Source: Azolla caroliniana (lineage: Eukaryota; Plantae; Polypodiophyta). Taken from it: a stretch of DNA of 64,000 nucleotides. Positions 1 through 11,934 of the stretch are shown here, piece after piece (within the stretch, counting starts at the first letter, position 1; every line of letters begins with the position of its first letter). Below the pieces are notes generated by a model, which was given only the letters and a program-made list of their open reading frames with translations, made no database searches and had not been told where the DNA came from. Location of the stretch: assembly GCA_043228905.1 (NCBI GenBank), contig JBHGNT010000013.1, positions 744,001 through 808,000 of the forward strand, given 5' to 3'. The position numbers and the translations under genes were made by a program.

Positions 1-656
1 CACAAGTTACAATGCCGGCCTCAAGCCGGTCCAATTCCAAAGGGGCACAGGGGTTGTCTACAGGCAAACTTCAATCGGGGAGCACTCTGGGGCTCGCCTA
101 CGCGAGTGGACGCCTTGCGCTGGAGACGGTCCTCGTACCAGAACACCACAACTACCTGCCAAGACACCAATCGGGGAGCACGTTGCTCGCCATGCCGAGT
201 GGGGTCTTGCACAGAAGACAGAATAGTGAACCAGAACCCTCAGAATACAGGAACTCCGAACCACGCAACCCTAACAGAAAGGAAACACCGAACCCTAGTA
301 TACGAAACTAACAAGATTCAACTCAAAAAGAGAAACCCAACCCATATGGCGACGGCGAAGAAGACCTAAATGAAAGCCTAAAACGAAATAGAGTGAAGAA
401 GACCAAAGTAGAAACCCTAAGGAATAAAAGAAGAAGAAGAGAAAACTATCAAACCCTAGATCTAACGGTACACCCTCCTAACTCAAAATGGGCGACCCCT
501 TCACAAGAGACCCCTCCCTCCTTTTATAGTCCAAGGAGGCAAGGACGTTACAATGTGGGATAAATATCCCCTATTATTTTATATACATTCCCTAACATAC
601 ATGTGCACATGTTGCACATCGACGACTTTGCCCATTCCATCCGGTTTTCTCACTAT
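1..656 (-). mobile_element. Partial LTR, same family as solo LTR 11935-13066
   Basis: Aligns with ~12417-13046 (e.g. atgtgcacatgttgcacatcgacgactttgcccattccatccggttttctcactat at 601-656). Cut by the window edge on the left and truncated ~20 bp short of the LTR terminus on the right. Confidence 0.85.
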
Positions 657-680
657 AGAAGGAGGAAAAGACAAAAACAG

Positions 681-1562
681 GGGGAGACAAGAAGAAATAG
701 GGAGCCAACTCGATTGAAGAAGTTGGCACATCTGATAAAGTCAGAACAAGCAGTGAGGGCAGTAGAGTTAAGAAGGACAAAGCCGACCAGAGGAAGAAGC
801 CCAAGACCTGGACATATTCTAATGTGGTGAAGGGACTGACGGTTGAGGACAAATTGGAGACAGCCAATTCGTCCAAGAGCTGGAACAAATCGAATGCACC
901 CGATTTGGAAGAGGTGTTTGATTCAAAGGAACTGAATTGACTGGAGGCCAAATGGACTAGAAGGTAGCAAAGGTACCGCGACAGGGAGGGAGCTGACAAG
1001 GGCCTTACGAGCGGACAAGCTAACCGAAAGGGTCGAGATGCGCGGAACCCAAGGGGTCGAAAAGCGAAGGCCCAAAGGGGTCGAGGAACACAGAACCGAA
1101 CCAGATGAGGAGCGTGAGCAAGGGGAGACAAGAAGAAATAGGGAGCCAACTCGATTGAAGAAGTTGGCACATCTGATAAAGTCAGAACAAGCAGTGAGGG
1201 CAGTAGAGTTAAGAAGGACAAAGCCGACCAGAGGAAGAAGCCCAAGACCTGGACATATTCTAATGTGGTGAAGGGCCTGACGGTTGAGGACAAATTGGAG
1301 ACAGCCAATTCGTCCAAGAGCTGGAACAAATCGAATGCACCCGATTTGGAAGAGGTGTTTGATTCAAAGGAACCGAATTGACTGGAGGCCAAATGGACTA
1401 GAAGGTAGCAAAGGTACCGCGACAGGGAGGGAGCTGACAAGGGCCTTACGAGCGGACAAGCTAACCGAAAGGGTCGAGATGCGCGGAACCCAAGGGGTCG
1501 AAAAGCGAAGGCCCAAAGGGGTCGAGGAACACAGAACCGAACCAGATGAGGAGCGTGAGCAA
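681..1562. repeat. Direct tandem duplication, 2 x 441 bp, in a copia 3' region
   Basis: 681-1121 and 1122-1562 differ at about 2 positions. Part of the unit resembles the copia 3'-UTR at 3830-3960. Confidence 0.9.
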
Positions 1563-1950
1563 GCTCAACTTGGGCTGGATCAGCTGAAGAAACGGAGACC
1601 CAGATCGGATTGGACCAATCGGTTAGGCCCGGATCGGCTGAAGAAGCAAGGGGCCGAATTGGTGGGAACCGAAAGGTCGTTGGAAAGATATTTCGCGAAG
1701 GAATATATTTGGGAGTTAGTGTAGGGGCTCACTTATGAGCATTCAAGTACTGATGGTACTTGTGTCAGTCCTTTTAAGGACTTGTATAAAAGTGCTCTCT
1801 GAGCACATTCGATATGAGTTTATGTTCTGCTCTCTCTGTCTCTCCCATATACTCTCTGTGCATTTTAAGCTTTCCATTAAACCTGCGTATTGTATGTTGT
1901 TGTCCGGCTGAGCTGGTTGTGTCGACGCTTCCGCATATAACTTTTTCAAC
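1557..1950 (+). mobile_element. Degenerate Ty1/copia LTR related to 3977-4358
   Basis: Begins caagctcaacttgggctggatcagctgaagaa (cf. caagctcagcatgagccggatcaactgaagaa at 3987), has tataaaagtgctc and ends gcttccgcatataactttttcaac, like 4335-4358. Confidence 0.6.
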
Positions 1951-2688
1951 CTTCCCTCTGAAGGAACACACTTCCAATTACTTCTTCTGAGTAACCAGAC
2001 CAAGGAAATTGTGGTAGGAAGGAGAAAGGGCTTTGGATCGTCCCATCAATTGTATACTTAACCGAAAGCATGATCCAGGGAGGTGACTCTAACCCAAGGG
2101 GCTCCTAGATAACTCCCATTGTGGATGCTTGAGTTCGTCTAATCCGATCAACACTCGAGGATACAAACAACCTTAGAACTTCGTAAAGAATGCAGTAACT
2201 AATATCCTAGGGAATCGGCCACAACCAATTACATGCTCATGATTACACATAGACAATATACTTAGATCACACATTAGACACATAGGATTACGCCACAAGA
2301 AACAATAATCGATTATGAATACACATAGATACAAGTATCGATCGACTATTGGTATAGCACTTACTCTCCCTCTATGTACACTTTTTGCCTAAAATAATAT
2401 TCCTGCTTCCCCACTCTTTCGATCACTCGGTATTTATATAAGCCTCCATGGTTCCTATTTCTAGGAAGCATGGCGTGTTACAATCGTTCCTCATTAAATA
2501 CTCAGCTCCCTTTATTAAGCTTTTTGTGCGTACAGCTCCGTGTCTCTTTTCACACCTTGTCCCACCAGCCAATAGCAAACAAAGATTCTATTAGAAGACT
2601 GACTCAATACAACCGATAACCTTTTTACAAGACTCCATGTCCCTTTTTATAGGGATCATGGACAATTACATCAAGAATGTAAAACCGT

Positions 2689-3355
2689 TGTCGCGGAATT
2701 TTGCAGGTACGTGTAGGATCTTAGGTGGAACCGCGGGGGTCTTGGACTAGGGAGTAGAGGGCGAATGGGAGCTTAACCTTCGTTCGACCTTTGAGCTCAA
2801 GAGGAAAGGAGAAAGAATAAGAGGTTAGCATGGTAAAGAAAATAGAGACAAGATACATCAATAAACTATATTAAGAATCCACTATACGATTACAACCATG
2901 GCTGCGTAGGCCAAATCAAAACCCTAGAAGAAACCCTAACTGGAAAAGTGAAAACCCTAAAAGTGGAAGCCCCTCAAAAGTGACCCCTCACTCCCTTGTA
3001 TAGTAGTAAGGGGTGAGGCACATTACATAAAGAGGAGTCAAATCCCCTTTCCTTTAATGGGGAATATCTCCCATGATCTTAAATCGGTGGGCCTTTAACT
3101 CTCTTCCCTCACGCTTTCAATGCCACTGCCCATCATATTTGTACCCCCATGTACTCCCCTTTCCTACGTGCCCATGTGCACACAAGTCCACATCATCATA
3201 TTTACACTCAACGAATTTTCGTAAAACACCTTACACTTTGCATTTGCTTATTTACTCCTAGGTTACAAATTTAATAAGTATATGTGCTACGTTGCACATC
3301 TCGTATTATTCGTTCTACTCGGGTTTTCCCACCATGGCTGAAAATCCTCACGACA
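2689..3355 (-). mobile_element. Solo LTR (667 bp), Ty3/gypsy-type, 4-bp TSD CCGT
   Basis: TGTCG...CGACA termini; CCGT at 2685-2688 and 3356-3359; both termini homologous to the LTRs at 11935-13066 and 54734-55543. Confidence 0.85.
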
Positions 3356-3500
3356 CCGTTACTACTCTATCTAATCATTTTACATACATTACATCGGCTC
3401 CCCTCATCTCACCTACCTGTCCGGCCCCACCCATATTGGTTTCGACCCGCGCTTGTCCCTATGGCCCTTTCCACACCTTGGTCGTCCTAACTAGCTAATA

Positions 3501-3830
3501 GTCGCTACGTGCAAAGCCATTTGGCTGAAAAGGCTATGGAAGGATTTGCAGGTGGAGGTGTCCGATCTAACAGTGATCTACTATGACAACCTCAGTAGTA
3601 TCCAATTAGCGAAAAACCCCATCTTCCACGCTCAGACGTAGCACATCGAAGTGCATTACCACTTCATGCACGAGCGAGTTCTCTCTAGTGAAGTGGAATT
3701 GGTGTATGTTCCGACGGATCGACAGATGGCCAACATCTTCACAAAACCTCTCAAACTTGACAAGTTGCGGCAATTCTCGGGTATGCTTGGTCTACAAAAG
3801 TTCAACTTGCCGAACTTGAGGGGGGAGTCG
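3501..3830 (+). pseudogene. Ty1/copia RNase H fragment
   Basis: Translates ATCKAIWLKRL...YDNLSSIQLAKNPIFHAQT*HIEVHYHFMHERV...QMANIFTKPL, a copia RNase H motif set with one stop. Confidence 0.9.
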
Positions 3831-3976
3831 AGGAGAGACATGTCAACCGAGCAGGTCGAGGAGCACGGAACCAAAAGGGTCGAGGAGTGTGGGCCAAGAG
3901 GCAAGCTGGCAGAAGGAGCTGAGGTGAAGAATTCGCAAAGCAAACGGAGGAACCTCAACTTGAGCTTGAGGGGGAG

Positions 3977-4358
3977 TGTTTAGAGACAAGCTCAGCATGA
4001 GCCGGATCAACTGAAGAAGCTGATACCCGAGTCGGCTGAAGAAGCCTACGACCAGATCAGTTAGGAGCCGACATTCCTATTTTAGTAAAATAGGAATACT
4101 ATTGATATTTAGTGTTAGAGCTCACATGTGAGCGTTGAAGTACTTGTCAGTCATTTGGAAGACATCTATAAAAGGTGCTCATTGAGCACATCATCTTGTA
4201 CAAAGTGTTATTATTTTGAATTAAGTTTGTTGTCTGCACTCTCTGTCTCTCTCACATATTGTGTATCCTCCATCTTCTGTGAATACCTAACAATCAACAA
4301 GTGCTCGGCTGAGTTGGTTGTGTCTTGTGTACTAGCTTCCACACGTTATTCTTTTACA
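3977..4358 (+). mobile_element. 3' LTR of a 5'-truncated copia element, preceded by a PPT
   Basis: PPT gagggggag 3968-3976, then TGTT...TTACA with TATA (ctataaaa ~4167). Lies directly downstream of the RNase H remnant. Confidence 0.8.
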
Positions 4359-4790
4359 GTGAGAAGCAAAGGGGATACACTGAAGCTTAAGAGAGCTATG
4401 GGGCAATGTCACTACAATACATGCATACAAGGATTGATGAATCGACACAGAGGTAGTGATCAAAACGGATTAATTTCCAATCCTAGGGTTGCACGATTTC
4501 GAACTTAGTCATGCTAAGGCTCATTGCATACATTTAGTCAGTTAATCCATAGTTCTATCACATCTCAGGCAAGAACAATGCCATAGTAAAGATGCTATTG
4601 GGGGCAAGGTATGAAGGTGAAACTGACATGATGTTCGCCCTTGATTTGTTTACAGCAGCCTGAGAAATTACTAAAGAATAGAATGTGCAAAGGCTCAAAG
4701 CCTTCAATGAAAGAGAATATTAAGGGAAATAGTTGCATATTAGCATATCTCTAACCTCAATGGTAGCGGACGCTTCCTAGTGTAAGGAAG

Positions 4791-5512
4791 TGTTGGAATT
4801 TCGGTCCCTCCGGATGGGATGTCCGGAGATGAATGACGGCAAGCCCGGTTACGGTTACGGAACCAGAGGATGAGGAGTACCCGGCATGAAGCCGGATGAA
4901 GAGTACCCGGTTACGGAACTGGATGAAGATACAGGCCCGGTGAGAGTACTCACCGGATGTGAAGAGTACCCGGCATGAAGCCGGATGAAGAGTACCCGGT
5001 TTCAGAACCGGATGAAGATACAGGCCCGGTGAGAGTACTCACCGGATGTGGAGACATATTTGTGAATATGTTTTCCAAGAGCCCTTTGAGGCTATATTTG
5101 TAAATAGCCCGAAAGTCATATGTGTATAAATATGACTTAGGGCAAACTGTTTAGCTGCTGCTGCTGTATGTTGTTGCCTATTGTGTATAGCCATTCTGAT
5201 GTGTGCAAGAGTGAGGAGAGCAGCCGAGAGAGAGAGAGTGAGTGAGACGAAGAGGTCGTTGCCTCTGTGTATTGCCGCCGCCTGTGGCGAAGACAGTGAG
5301 CTCAAGGTTGTTGCCTTGTAGCTTCACCATTGTACATCTCTGTTTATAGTGATAGTTGGAGTCTGAGGACTCCCGCGGTTTTTCCCATTTAGGGTTTTCC
5401 ACGTAAAATATCCTGTGTACTCTTCTCTCTATTGTCTTCGTGCATTTTGGTATTTCCCATTTTCTGTGAATTGATCCTATTCCTCGGTTGTGGCCGAGCA
5501 CTGTCTTCAACA
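4791..5512 (+). repeat. 5' LTR of copia element (722 bp)
   Basis: Direct repeat of 9627-10346. Contains an 89-bp internal tandem repeat (4872-5049), a TATA box (tataaata ~5125) and a (GA)n tract. Confidence 0.97.
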
Positions 5513-5514
5513 AG

Positions 5515-5526
5515 TGGTATCAGAGC
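5515..5526 (+). promoter_or_regulatory. Primer-binding site complementary to initiator tRNA-Met
   Basis: TGGTATCAGAGC 2 nt after the 5' LTR, the canonical plant copia PBS. Confidence 0.95.
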
Positions 5527-5542
5527 AGGGTTAACACAGAAA

Positions 5543-8500
5543 ATGGAAGGCGGCGGTAGTGGGCCTCCGGGCATGATGGTGTTGAACTCACAGAACTACG
5601 CCGACTGGAAGATAAAGATGGAAGACCTTCTCATCGTCCGAGACCTGTACGAACCGAACGACAATGCCGAGATACCCAAGGGGGTAATAGAGTCGGAGTG
5701 GAAGCTCCTGAACCGGAAAGCCGTAGCGACGATCCGGCAATATGTCAATGTAAGTGTTCTGCAACATGTGGCGAACGATACGAACACCTATGAGATGTGG
5801 CAGAAGCTGTCCGGACTGTATGAGAGGAATAATGCTCTGACTTGGACCTCCCTGATGAGGAAGATAGTGAATCTTAAGTACCGGGACGGCGAGAGCATGG
5901 TCGAACACGTCAGCACGTTCATGGGATTCGTGAACCAGCTTGCGGCGATCAAGTTCCCGTTGGATGACGCAATGCAAGCCATCATGTTGATGTGTACCCT
6001 TCCGGAGAGCTGGGAGAACTTGGTAGTTACTCTCAGCACCTCCTATAAGGAAGAGAACTTGTCTTTACTAACGGTAAAGACAAGTATTCTAAATGAAGAA
6101 GCGCGTCGGAGAGATAAAGAACCGGCCTCCGACTCGAAGGCGCTGCTTACCGAATCGGAACGGGGAAGACAACGGAACCGGAGTCCGCAAAGACGGGAGA
6201 AGTCGGGGACACGGTCGCAGTCGAGGGGAAGACCTACATGCTTCTACTGTGGGAAGCCGGGGCACTTCCAGAAGAACTGTCGGCATTTCCGGAAAGACAA
6301 CGGAACCGACGGTACCGATTCGAAGAAGTCACCGGAGCGAAACGGTGCATACCGGGGAGCCACGGACCGGAGAGGTCCGGATCAGCGAGGGCAGGACCAG
6401 AAAGGAACGACGGCACTCGCGGCAAGTGAAGAAGAGATAATGCTCATTACCGAAGAGAGGGAGCTGAACCTTGCCGGTGAAGAGATGACCTGGGTGGTCG
6501 ATTCCGGAGCGTCGTTCCACCTGACCCCGGAGAAGAAATACTTCTCATCCTACACAGCCGGTGAGCACGGCTGTGTCCGGATGGGAAATGAAGGTACATG
6601 CCGGATTGCCGGCATAGGAGACGTGTGGCTGATGACATCAACCGGATGCAAGATGCTGCTGAAGGATGTCCGACACGTTCCGGAGGTTCGATTGAACCTG
6701 ATTTCGGCCGGGAGGCTAGACGATGAAGGCTACACGGGTAGCATCCGGAACGGTGTCATGAAGTTCAGCAAAGGGAGCCTGATAGTGGCTCGGGCCCGGA
6801 AGGTCAACACACTGTACCTGATGAATTCCCGGCTATGTCCGGAGGAGCTGAACGTGGCAGCTGACACTGACGGTGAGCTGTGGCACAAGAGACTGTGCCA
6901 CATGAGCGAGAAGGGGATGAAGAGGCTTGCCGAAGACAACCTGATACCGGTAAAGCACGTATACCTGGGGAAGTGTACCGACTGTCTGGCCGGTAAGCAA
7001 AACCGGACCTCCTTCCGCTCAAGACCACCGATGAGACGTAGTGTACCATTGGAGTTGGTACACACTGATGTGTGTCAGGTAGAAACGAAGTCACATGGCG
7101 GAGCCCAGTACTTCGTAACATTCATAGATGATCACAGCCGGAAGCTGTGGACGGCACCGTTGAAGACAAAGGACCAAGTATTGTCCGTCTTCAAAGAACT
7201 CCACGCGAGAGTGGAAAGGGAATCCGGCAAGAAGTTGAAAGCGATACGAGCGGATAACGGAGGGGAATACCGGGGGCAGTTCGAGGAGTACTGTCGCTCG
7301 AAGGGAATCCGGCTCGAGTTTACTGTGCCGAAGACGCCGGAACTGAAAGGGCTGGCCGAGAGGATGAACCGGACCATAATGGAGAGGGTCCGGAGTATGC
7401 TAGCACATGCGAAATTACCCAAGGGATTTTGGGCTGAGGCAATGTCGACGGCGACATATGTGATAAATAGATCACCCTCAGTACCCCTGGATGGAGACAC
7501 GCCACAGAGAGTGTGGACCGGTAAGGAAGTGTCCGACCGGCATCTGAAGGTGTTCGGGTGTCTCGCATATGTGCATGTGGCAAAGGACCGGAGAGGAAAG
7601 CTAGATCCAAAGACCCAGCCATGCATATTCCTCGGTTACGGCGATGACGAGTTCGGCTACCGAGTATGGGACCCGGTCGACAAGAAGATATTCAGGAGTT
7701 GAGATATCATCTTCATGGAGGACAAGACACTCGCCGACTGGGAGTCGGAGAAGAAGATGAAGAGCTCCAAGTCGATCGGTGAGAATCAACTCTACGAGGA
7801 GCAGTCCCGACCGGCAAGGGACCGGTTAGCACTCGAGGATCCGGCCGAAGACGGTGAAGAAACAGAACCGGCCGAGGAAGATGAAACTGATACCGGAACC
7901 GGCCCCGATCCCAAAATGGATTCGGATGAAGAGGAAACGGAGGAGCCGGTTACTGAAGCTCCGGAACGGAGATATCCTCTAAGAGAGAGAAGGGCCCCGC
8001 GGAGATTTCCGGAACCAGAGCACGTGCTGCTAACCGACGAGGGGGAGCCGGAGAGTTTTGAAGAAGCAAAGCTTGACACCCATAGCCACAGGTGGTTAAG
8101 TGCCATGCAGGAGGAGATGGATTCCCTGCATGAGAACCACACATATGAACTTGTGGAGTTGCCGAAAGGAAAGCGGGCACTTCGAAACAAGTGGGTGTTC
8201 AAGCTGAAACCGGGAGATGCCGGAAACCCCCCGAGATACAAAGCCAGGATCATGGTGAAGGGGTTCTAACAGAAGAAGGGCGTCGACTTCGACGAGATAT
8301 TTGCCCCGGTAGTGAAGATGACCTCCATCCGGACGGTGCTGAGCATAGCGGCAAGCATGGACCTCGAGGTAGAACAGATGGACGTGAAGACGGCATTCCT
8401 TCACGGTGACCTCGAAGAAGAGATCTACATGCAGCAACCGGAAGGATTCGAGAAGAAAGGGAAGGAGCACCTGGTATGCCGGTTGAAGAAGAGCCTTTAC

Positions 8501-9616
8501 GGACTGAAGCAGGCTCCCCGGCAATGGTACCGGAAGTTCGACTCTTTCATGACCGACGAAGGGTACCACAAAACGCAGTCCGATCACTGCGTGTTTGTGA
8601 AGAAGTTCGAAGGAGGAGACTTTCTAATACTCCTCCTGTACGTGGACGACATGTTGATCGTCGGACGGGACCAGGTCAAGATACGGATGCTGAAGAAAGC
8701 GCTTCACCGAACCTTCTCAATGAAGGACATGGGTCCGGCGAGGCAAATACTAGGGATGCACATCATCCGGGACCGGAGGAAGAAGCAGTTGTGGCTGTCA
8801 CAGGAGAAGTACGTGACAAAGGTGCTTCAACGGTTCAACATGTCGGAAGCAAGACCGGTCGGATCGACCCTCCCGGCAAACTGCAAGTTATCCGGCAAGC
8901 AAAGTCCCAAGACAAAGGTTGAAAAGGAGGATATGATAAAGATACCATATGCCTCTGTCGTCGGGAGCTTGATGTATGCAATGGTGTGTACCCGACCGGA
9001 CATTGGATATGCAGTCGGAGTGGTGAGCCGTTACATGAGCAATCCCGGCAAAGAGCACTGGAACGCGGTCAAATGGATACTCCGATACTTAAAGGGCACT
9101 TCGAACATGTGCCTCCGATTCGGCTCTGGTAAGCCCGAACTCGATGGATTTACCGATTCGGACATGTCGGCTGATGCAGATACCAGCCGGTCCACATCAG
9201 GGTATGTAATGACATATGCAGGGGGAGCCGTTTCGTGGCAGTCGAGACTGCAGAAGACGGTCGCGTTGTCAACCACGGAAGCGGAGTATATGGCGGCTGT
9301 TGAAGCCGGCAAGGAAATAATATGGATGAAGGACTTCATTAGAGAGCTCGGTATCCGGCAGGAGGAGTACCGACTCTACTGCGACAGTCAGAGTGCCATC
9401 CACCTTGCGAAGAACGCGGCCTATCACTCCCGGACGAAGCACATCCAGCGAAGATATCACTGGATCCGGGAAAGGATAGAAGACCATGAGTTCGTGCTGA
9501 TGAAGATCCACACGGATGAGAACGGGTCGGATATGCTGACCAAGGTGCTCACACCCGACAAGCTGGAAGCATGCCGGAAGAGGATCGGATTGGAGAGACA
9601 TCCCATGCCGAAGTGA
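5543..9616 (+). pseudogene. Copia Gag-Pol polyprotein, single frame with two premature stops
   Basis: ORFs 5432-7702, 7715-8269 and 8312-9616 are all in one frame. Motifs: CFYCGKPGHFQKNC knuckle, WVVDSGASFH protease, LWHKRLCH/CTDC, LVHTDV..FIDD..DNGGEY integrase, QMDVKTAFLHG/YVDDML RT, FTDSD..SSTEAEY-like RNase H. Stops TGA 7700-7702 and TAA 8267-8269. Confidence 0.95.
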
Positions 9617-9626
9617 AGGGGGAGTT

Positions 9627-10346
9627 TGTTGGAATTTCGGTCCCTCCGGATGGGATGTCCGGAGATGAATGACGGCAAGCCCGGTTACGGTTACGGAACC
9701 AGAGGATGAGGAGTACCCGGCATGAAGCCGGATGAAGAGTACCCGGTTACGGAACCGGATGAAGATACAGGCCCGGTGAGAGTACTCACCGGATGTGAAG
9801 AGTACCCGGCATGAAGCCGGATGAAGAGTACCCGGTTTCAGAACCGGATGAAGATACAGGCCCGGTGAGAGTACTCACCGGATGTAGGGACATATTTGTG
9901 AATATGTTTTCCAAGAGCCCTTTGAGGCTATATTTGTAAATAGCTCGAAAGTCATATGTGTATAAATATGACTTAGGGCAAACTGTTTAGCTGCTGCTGC
10001 TGTATGTTGTTGCCTATTGTGTATAGCCACTCTGATGTGTGCAAGAGTGAGGAGAGCAGCCGAGAGAGAGAGAGAGTGAGACGAAGAGGTCGTTGCCTCT
10101 GTGTATTGCCGCCGCCTGTGGCGAAGACAGTGAGCTCAAGGTTGTTGCCTTGTAGCTTCACCATTGTACATCTCTGTTTATAGTGATAGTTGGAGTCTGA
10201 GGACTCCCGTGGTTTTTCCCATTTAGGGTTTTCCACGTAAAATATCCTGTGTACTCTTCTCTCTATTGTCTTCGTGCATTTTGGTATTTCCCGTTTTCTG
10301 TGAATTGATCCTATTCCTCGGTTGTGGCCGAGCACTGTCTTCAACA
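9627..10346 (+). repeat. 3' LTR of copia element (720 bp)
   Basis: Follows PPT gaagggggag; ~7-8 substitutions and a 2-bp microsatellite indel versus the 5' LTR. Confidence 0.97.
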
Positions 10347-10351
10347 GGAAG

Positions 10352-11262
10352 AAGCACAAAAAATCTGAAAGAAGGCGTACAAGTACTTCATGCAATGAGG
10401 GTCTCTCTCAAAGCACCCAAATAAGAGGACGAGAACATCGTTGAGGATGGTTGGTAAGGAAGAGGAAACAACTCTAGGAGGATGGGTACTTGGGCAACTT
10501 TCATGAAGCCGAAAGAGAAGTATTGGTGGCCAGGGATATATAAGGATGTTGCCCATTTCTTAGGACATGTGAAAGCTACCAAATGTACTTAAATGTGCGG
10601 CATAGAGATGAGTTGCATCCAACCTACTCATTGGGCATACACTTTAAATGGATGGTGGACATAGTATCCATGTTGATGGGGGTGGGTGAAATGAAGTACC
10701 AAGAGTGAGGACCTTACAAACCAGGTAGAAGGAAGAGTCATAAGGAGCAAAACTATGCCAACAATGCGCAAATTCCTATTAGAAGATGGCATAGCTTCGT
10801 GAGAAGAGGATAAGACAACTTGAGAGGTGGCCAAAAAACTTAAAACTAGCATTGGGCCGTTGAAGGTTGCTAGGGTTAAGAACAAGGGGAGATTCGACAA
10901 GAAGCACCAACTACAACTGAGGAAGATAAAAAAGGGAGACTAGATTATCGTTTACAACAACACTCTCAACAATCAATGTAGCTTGATGAGGAAGTTCTCA
11001 AGGTGGTGGTTTGGGCCAAATGTGATCATCAACACAAAAGACCATGCCAACTACCACCTTGCTAAACTACACAAGACAAGGTTAGGGGTATCGATAGTAA
11101 AGAAAATGGTCAAGATCTTCACAAAACGGTAGGAGGGTCCAAACCTCAATGGCCTCGAGGAAGTCGAAGATGAACACAAGCAAAGTTCAAGAGACCAAAC
11201 ATGATTATCACCTCATCATTCTTCAAATATCTTGGAGGATGAGTAATTTTGAAGGGTAAGTA
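10352..11262 (+). pseudogene. Degenerate Ty3/gypsy integrase region (host of the copia insertion)
   Basis: Frameshifted motifs YWWPGIYKDVAHF (integrase zinc-binding region), WMVDIVSM..EDLTNQVEGR, WWFGP (GPY/F-like). Ends in a PPT-like gaagggtaagta before TGT at 11263. Confidence 0.7.
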
Positions 11263-11575
11263 TGTATGAAAACTCAAATGGTAAGGCTATATGCTCGGAA
11301 GAAAGAAGCATAGAGTTCAATTTCCCTTTGGCATAAAGAAACCTATTTATTATTACATATTTTATGGGAAAAGGGTAAGTGAGCATTAAATGAAACTGGA
11401 GATGCTTCTCTCCCTATAAAAAGAGGAGAGGGCTCATTTTGGGTGTTTGGAGGTCTATTTTCAAACTTTAGGTATTTGACTTCTTCTTCTTGTTTCCTAA
11501 TTGGAGTTTTAGTAGGAGCGATTGAGTCCACGAGAGTGGAGTAGGTCCACCTCTCCTTCGACTTCTTCTTGTTCA
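11263..11575 (+). mobile_element. Probable degenerate 3' LTR of the Ty3 remnant
   Basis: TGT start after PPT; TATA ctataaaagaggagagggctca, with a similar motif inverted at ~18505-18530. Right end uncertain. Confidence 0.45.
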
Positions 11576-11934
11576 TCTCCTCTTGTTTTCGATTGCCACC
11601 AAGCCATCATAACGTGCGGCCATGTTCAAGGGAAGGAGCAAAATTTGGCTACAATGGTGCTCAAACAATTAAACATGGGAATAGAGCTAATCTCACTTGA
11701 TAATATGAGGAATCAAGAACAAGGCCAAACACAAGTTTAACAAGAAAATCTGCTTTTTTCAAAACTATTGTTTAAAGTACAAGTACAAAATACTCATAAT
11801 AGGTATTCTTGGAGTTTACAATGGTGGTAACAATGGAACGGGGAATGTAATGGGAGGAAGAAATCCAAGTTTTGATGGTCTTAAGCTCTTGAACAATAGC
11901 GACACCCTTTTGGTTGTTGTAGCTTTTCATACGG

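Larger units (their letters stand above)
4791..10346 (+). mobile_element. Full-length Ty1/copia LTR retrotransposon (5556 bp), recent insertion
   Basis: 5' LTR 4791-5512 and 3' LTR 9627-10346 (TGTTG...CAACA, ~99% identical); 5-bp TSD GGAAG at 4786-4790 and 10347-10351; PBS 5515-5526; PPT 9615-9624; domain order gag-PR-IN-RT-RH. Confidence 0.98.

Noticed and set aside
592-1724. 282-aa and other ORFs with internally repeated sequence
   Set aside because: Produced by the 441-bp duplication in a TE 3' region; no recognisable motifs.
1953-2684. Additional LTR fragment
   Set aside because: LTR-like composition, but no termini, TSD or second copy in the window to support boundaries.
7700-8269. Programmed readthrough or RNA editing at the in-frame stops
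   Set aside because: The sister copy has sense codons at both sites, and the stops are not at the gag-pol boundary; ordinary nonsense mutations.
5588-9678. Antisense and alternative-frame ORFs over the copia polyprotein
   Set aside because: Shadow ORFs expected in GC-rich coding DNA.
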